From: a virus
Taxonomy: Duplodnaviria; Caudoviricetes
Strand: one strand, 5' to 3'
Length of the DNA stretch: 56,125 bases
Virus record (IMG/VR): IMGVR_UViG_3300020463_000027
Coordinates: 1-56,125 of that record
Positions 54,577-56,125 of this stretch are shown here, in pieces (positions within the stretch are counted from its first letter, which is position 1; every line of letters begins with the position of its first letter). The notes beneath the pieces were generated by a model, which was not told the origin of the DNA, ran no database searches, and worked only from the letters and a program-made list of their open reading frames with translations. The position numbers and the translations under genes are program-made.

Positions 54577-55464
54577 ATGAGTCAAATTAATGCAGGAAAA
54601 TTTATTGCTAGTACGGGAGTAGAATTTCCTAGTTACACCAATAATAATAAACCAACAAACCTTGGTACAGGAGCAACAATATACAATTCTGATACTGAGA
54701 AATTGGAAACTTGGAATGGATCTGAATGGATGGTTATCGGTGGTGGATCTGAACCAGATGGATCTACTCAAGATAAAGCAGCAATTAGTGCTGCATCAAT
54801 TTTAGCAATAAATCCTGGAGCACCAGATGGTGTCTATTGGATTAACTTACCTACCGTTGGTGCTAAACAAGTATATTGTGCTATGAATTCAAACCATCTT
54901 GGAGGTGGTGGATGGATGTTAGCATGGAAGTGCACTAGAGGATCTACATTTCCCTATGATTCAAACTACTGGACTACAGCAAATGTATACAATGAAACGT
55001 CTGGATTAAATCTTAATGATGGCGATCATAAAAATCATGCATTTAATTATTATGTTGCAAGCACTCTAGCAGCAGTGTTTCCTGATTTAAACAATGGTGG
55101 ACAGTCAAGTGTACCATATAATGGTTGGACATGGAAACAAAGTGGAGTTGGACAAACTGCATTAACTAGGTTACAAAATAATCAACAGTTATCTAGTAAT
55201 CCTCGTGGAGAAAGTAGCATGTCTGGATCAGGTTGGTCTAATCAAAATGGATATCAGTGGTATGGATTTAATTATACAGGTAACAATAGTAACAGAGTTC
55301 GTTGGGGATTTGGTTGGAATAATGAAAACAGTCAAAACTCAAATGATGTTACTAGTGGTATAGCACCTGTAAGATCTGGAAATAGTGCAGGGGATCATAT
55401 CTATTGTTGTCAAGGAACTACTGGTGTAAATAGATCAGTAAGAGCTGAGATTTGGGTACAATGA
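54577..55464 (+). CDS. Putative receptor-binding/fibre-tip protein with fibrinogen-like domain, 295 aa
   Basis: GATIYNSDTEKLETWNGSEW module, DGSTQDKA, DGVYWI...QVYCAM....GGGGWML. Confidence 0.7.
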   Translation: MSQINAGKFIASTGVEFPSYTNNNKPTNLGTGATIYNSDTEKLETWNGSEWMVIGGGSEPDGSTQDKAAISAASILAINPGAPDGVYWINLPTVGAKQVYCAMNSNHLGGGGWMLAWKCTRGSTFPYDSNYWTTANVYNETSGLNLNDGDHKNHAFNYYVASTLAAVFPDLNNGGQSSVPYNGWTWKQSGVGQTALTRLQNNQQLSSNPRGESSMSGSGWSNQNGYQWYGFNYTGNNSNRVRWGFGWNNENSQNSNDVTSGIAPVRSGNSAGDHIYCCQGTTGVNRSVRAEIWVQ

Positions 55465-55835
55465 AACTGACACCAGAAGAGTATTTAAAAGTACTTCATA
55501 GAAGAAATGAAATAAAACTTACACCAGAAGAAGTTAAGTATGTAAAAGAAGAAAGATTAAAAGAACATACTGAGTGGAGTACATATTTACATTACCTTGT
55601 AAAAATATCACATCAGACTAACAATGTTGTTGCTGGTGCTGACATAGCAAAAAAAGTATTGATTGCTGGAAAGTCATTGAAAGTGGGAGATATTGATATT
55701 GGTCAATTTGAAAGAATGACATTATCATATGATGTAAAACAATATCCTGAGATAGGATACATTGTTAGACAGATAATAGAAGCATACAAAAACCCAGTTA
55801 TAGTCTCTCCAGTTACCGATATTCCACCCTTATAA
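55461..55835 (+). CDS. Hypothetical protein, 124 aa
   Basis: ATGA coupling at 55461 preferred over TTG 55452. Confidence 0.65.
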   Translation: MKLTPEEYLKVLHRRNEIKLTPEEVKYVKEERLKEHTEWSTYLHYLVKISHQTNNVVAGADIAKKVLIAGKSLKVGDIDIGQFERMTLSYDVKQYPEIGYIVRQIIEAYKNPVIVSPVTDIPPL

Positions 55836-55838
55836 ATA
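55831..55838 (+). promoter_or_regulatory. Late promoter (TATAAATA)
   Basis: Perfect T4 late consensus upstream of 55863. Confidence 0.7.
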
Positions 55839-55862
55839 TAAGAAACATTCACTTTGATAATT

Positions 55863-56063
55863 ATGGATCCTACTAAATTAAAATCAAATTTTGAGGAGCA
55901 AATTTCTAAAACAGAAACTCAAATAAAAGAATTAGAAGACAGTTTAAAGAAAGCAACAGAATATAAAATTAAACTCATGGGAGGACTTGAAACACTTGGT
56001 CTGTTAGAGCAAGAAGAAGCACCAGCAGCAGACGCATCTCCAGCAAGTATTGAACCTTCCTAA
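55863..56063 (+). CDS. Small coiled-coil protein, 66 aa (MDPTKLKSNFEEQI...EYKIKLMGGLETL)
   Basis: ATG 55863; heptad pattern; precedes the neck gene. Confidence 0.75.
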   Translation: MDPTKLKSNFEEQISKTETQIKELEDSLKKATEYKIKLMGGLETLGLLEQEEAPAADASPASIEPS

Positions 56064-56066
56064 ATA
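56060..56066 (+). promoter_or_regulatory. Late promoter (CTAAATA)
   Basis: Upstream of ATG 56091. Confidence 0.6.
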
Positions 56067-56090
56067 GGAACGAAGGGATTATAGTATCTA

Positions 56091-56125
56091 ATGGCATCGC
56101 CCGCAAGTAAAACTGATCTGATTAC
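56091..56125 (+). CDS. gp13: 5' end of neck protein gp13 (truncated by window edge)
   Basis: MASPASKTDLI resembles cyanophage gp13 N-termini; T4-like gene order; only 11 full codons visible. Confidence 0.55.
   Translation, partial: MASPASKTDLI

Noticed and set aside
1433-54771. All other minus-strand and nested alternate-frame ORFs in the track
   Set aside because: Antisense or off-frame shadows of long + strand genes with biased codon usage; no RBS, promoter or recognisable motifs
45139-55464. Diversity-generating retroelement acting on the tip proteins
   Set aside because: No reverse transcriptase and no TR/VR near-identical repeat pair seen in the window
46152-55862. ORF-track starts at 46152, 50051, 55452 and 55854
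   Set aside because: TTG/GTG starts; nearby in-frame ATGs (46164, 50063, 55461, 55863) give coupled or shorter-overlap arrangements

Overview
AT-rich segment of a T4-like marine cyanophage (Kyanoviridae-type myovirus; Prochlorococcus/Synechococcus host inferred). Every credible gene is on the + strand. 1-1702 is the end of an early region: tiny genes behind four repeated promoter cassettes (inverted repeat + TATAAT + CAAA-rich leader). 1702-2043 is a GC-rich non-coding island with many hairpins, followed by the first late promoter. 2044-5523 holds small genes, a PAAR/gp5.4-like spike tip and three 2OG-Fe(II) oxygenases. 5548-45137 is the baseplate/fibre module: gp25, gp6, a giant gp7-like protein, gp8, a DUF4815/VrlC-like protein and two large fibre-like proteins. 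45139-56063 is an accessory block with three fibrinogen-like receptor-binding candidates, three more 2OG-Fe(II) oxygenases and a five-gene cassette centred on a U32 Fe-S/SAM-methyltransferase fusion. The neck gene gp13 starts at 56091. Most notable: (i) phycobiliprotein-like domains with intact bilin-attachment-type Cys motifs inside a virion fibre protein, (ii) a type-1 copper (C-x2-H-x2-M) module in another virion protein, (iii) nested domain-in-domain architecture in the fibre, (iv) the U32-methyltransferase/oxygenase cassette and (v) the structured non-coding island. All family calls come from motif recognition by eye; no database searches were run.
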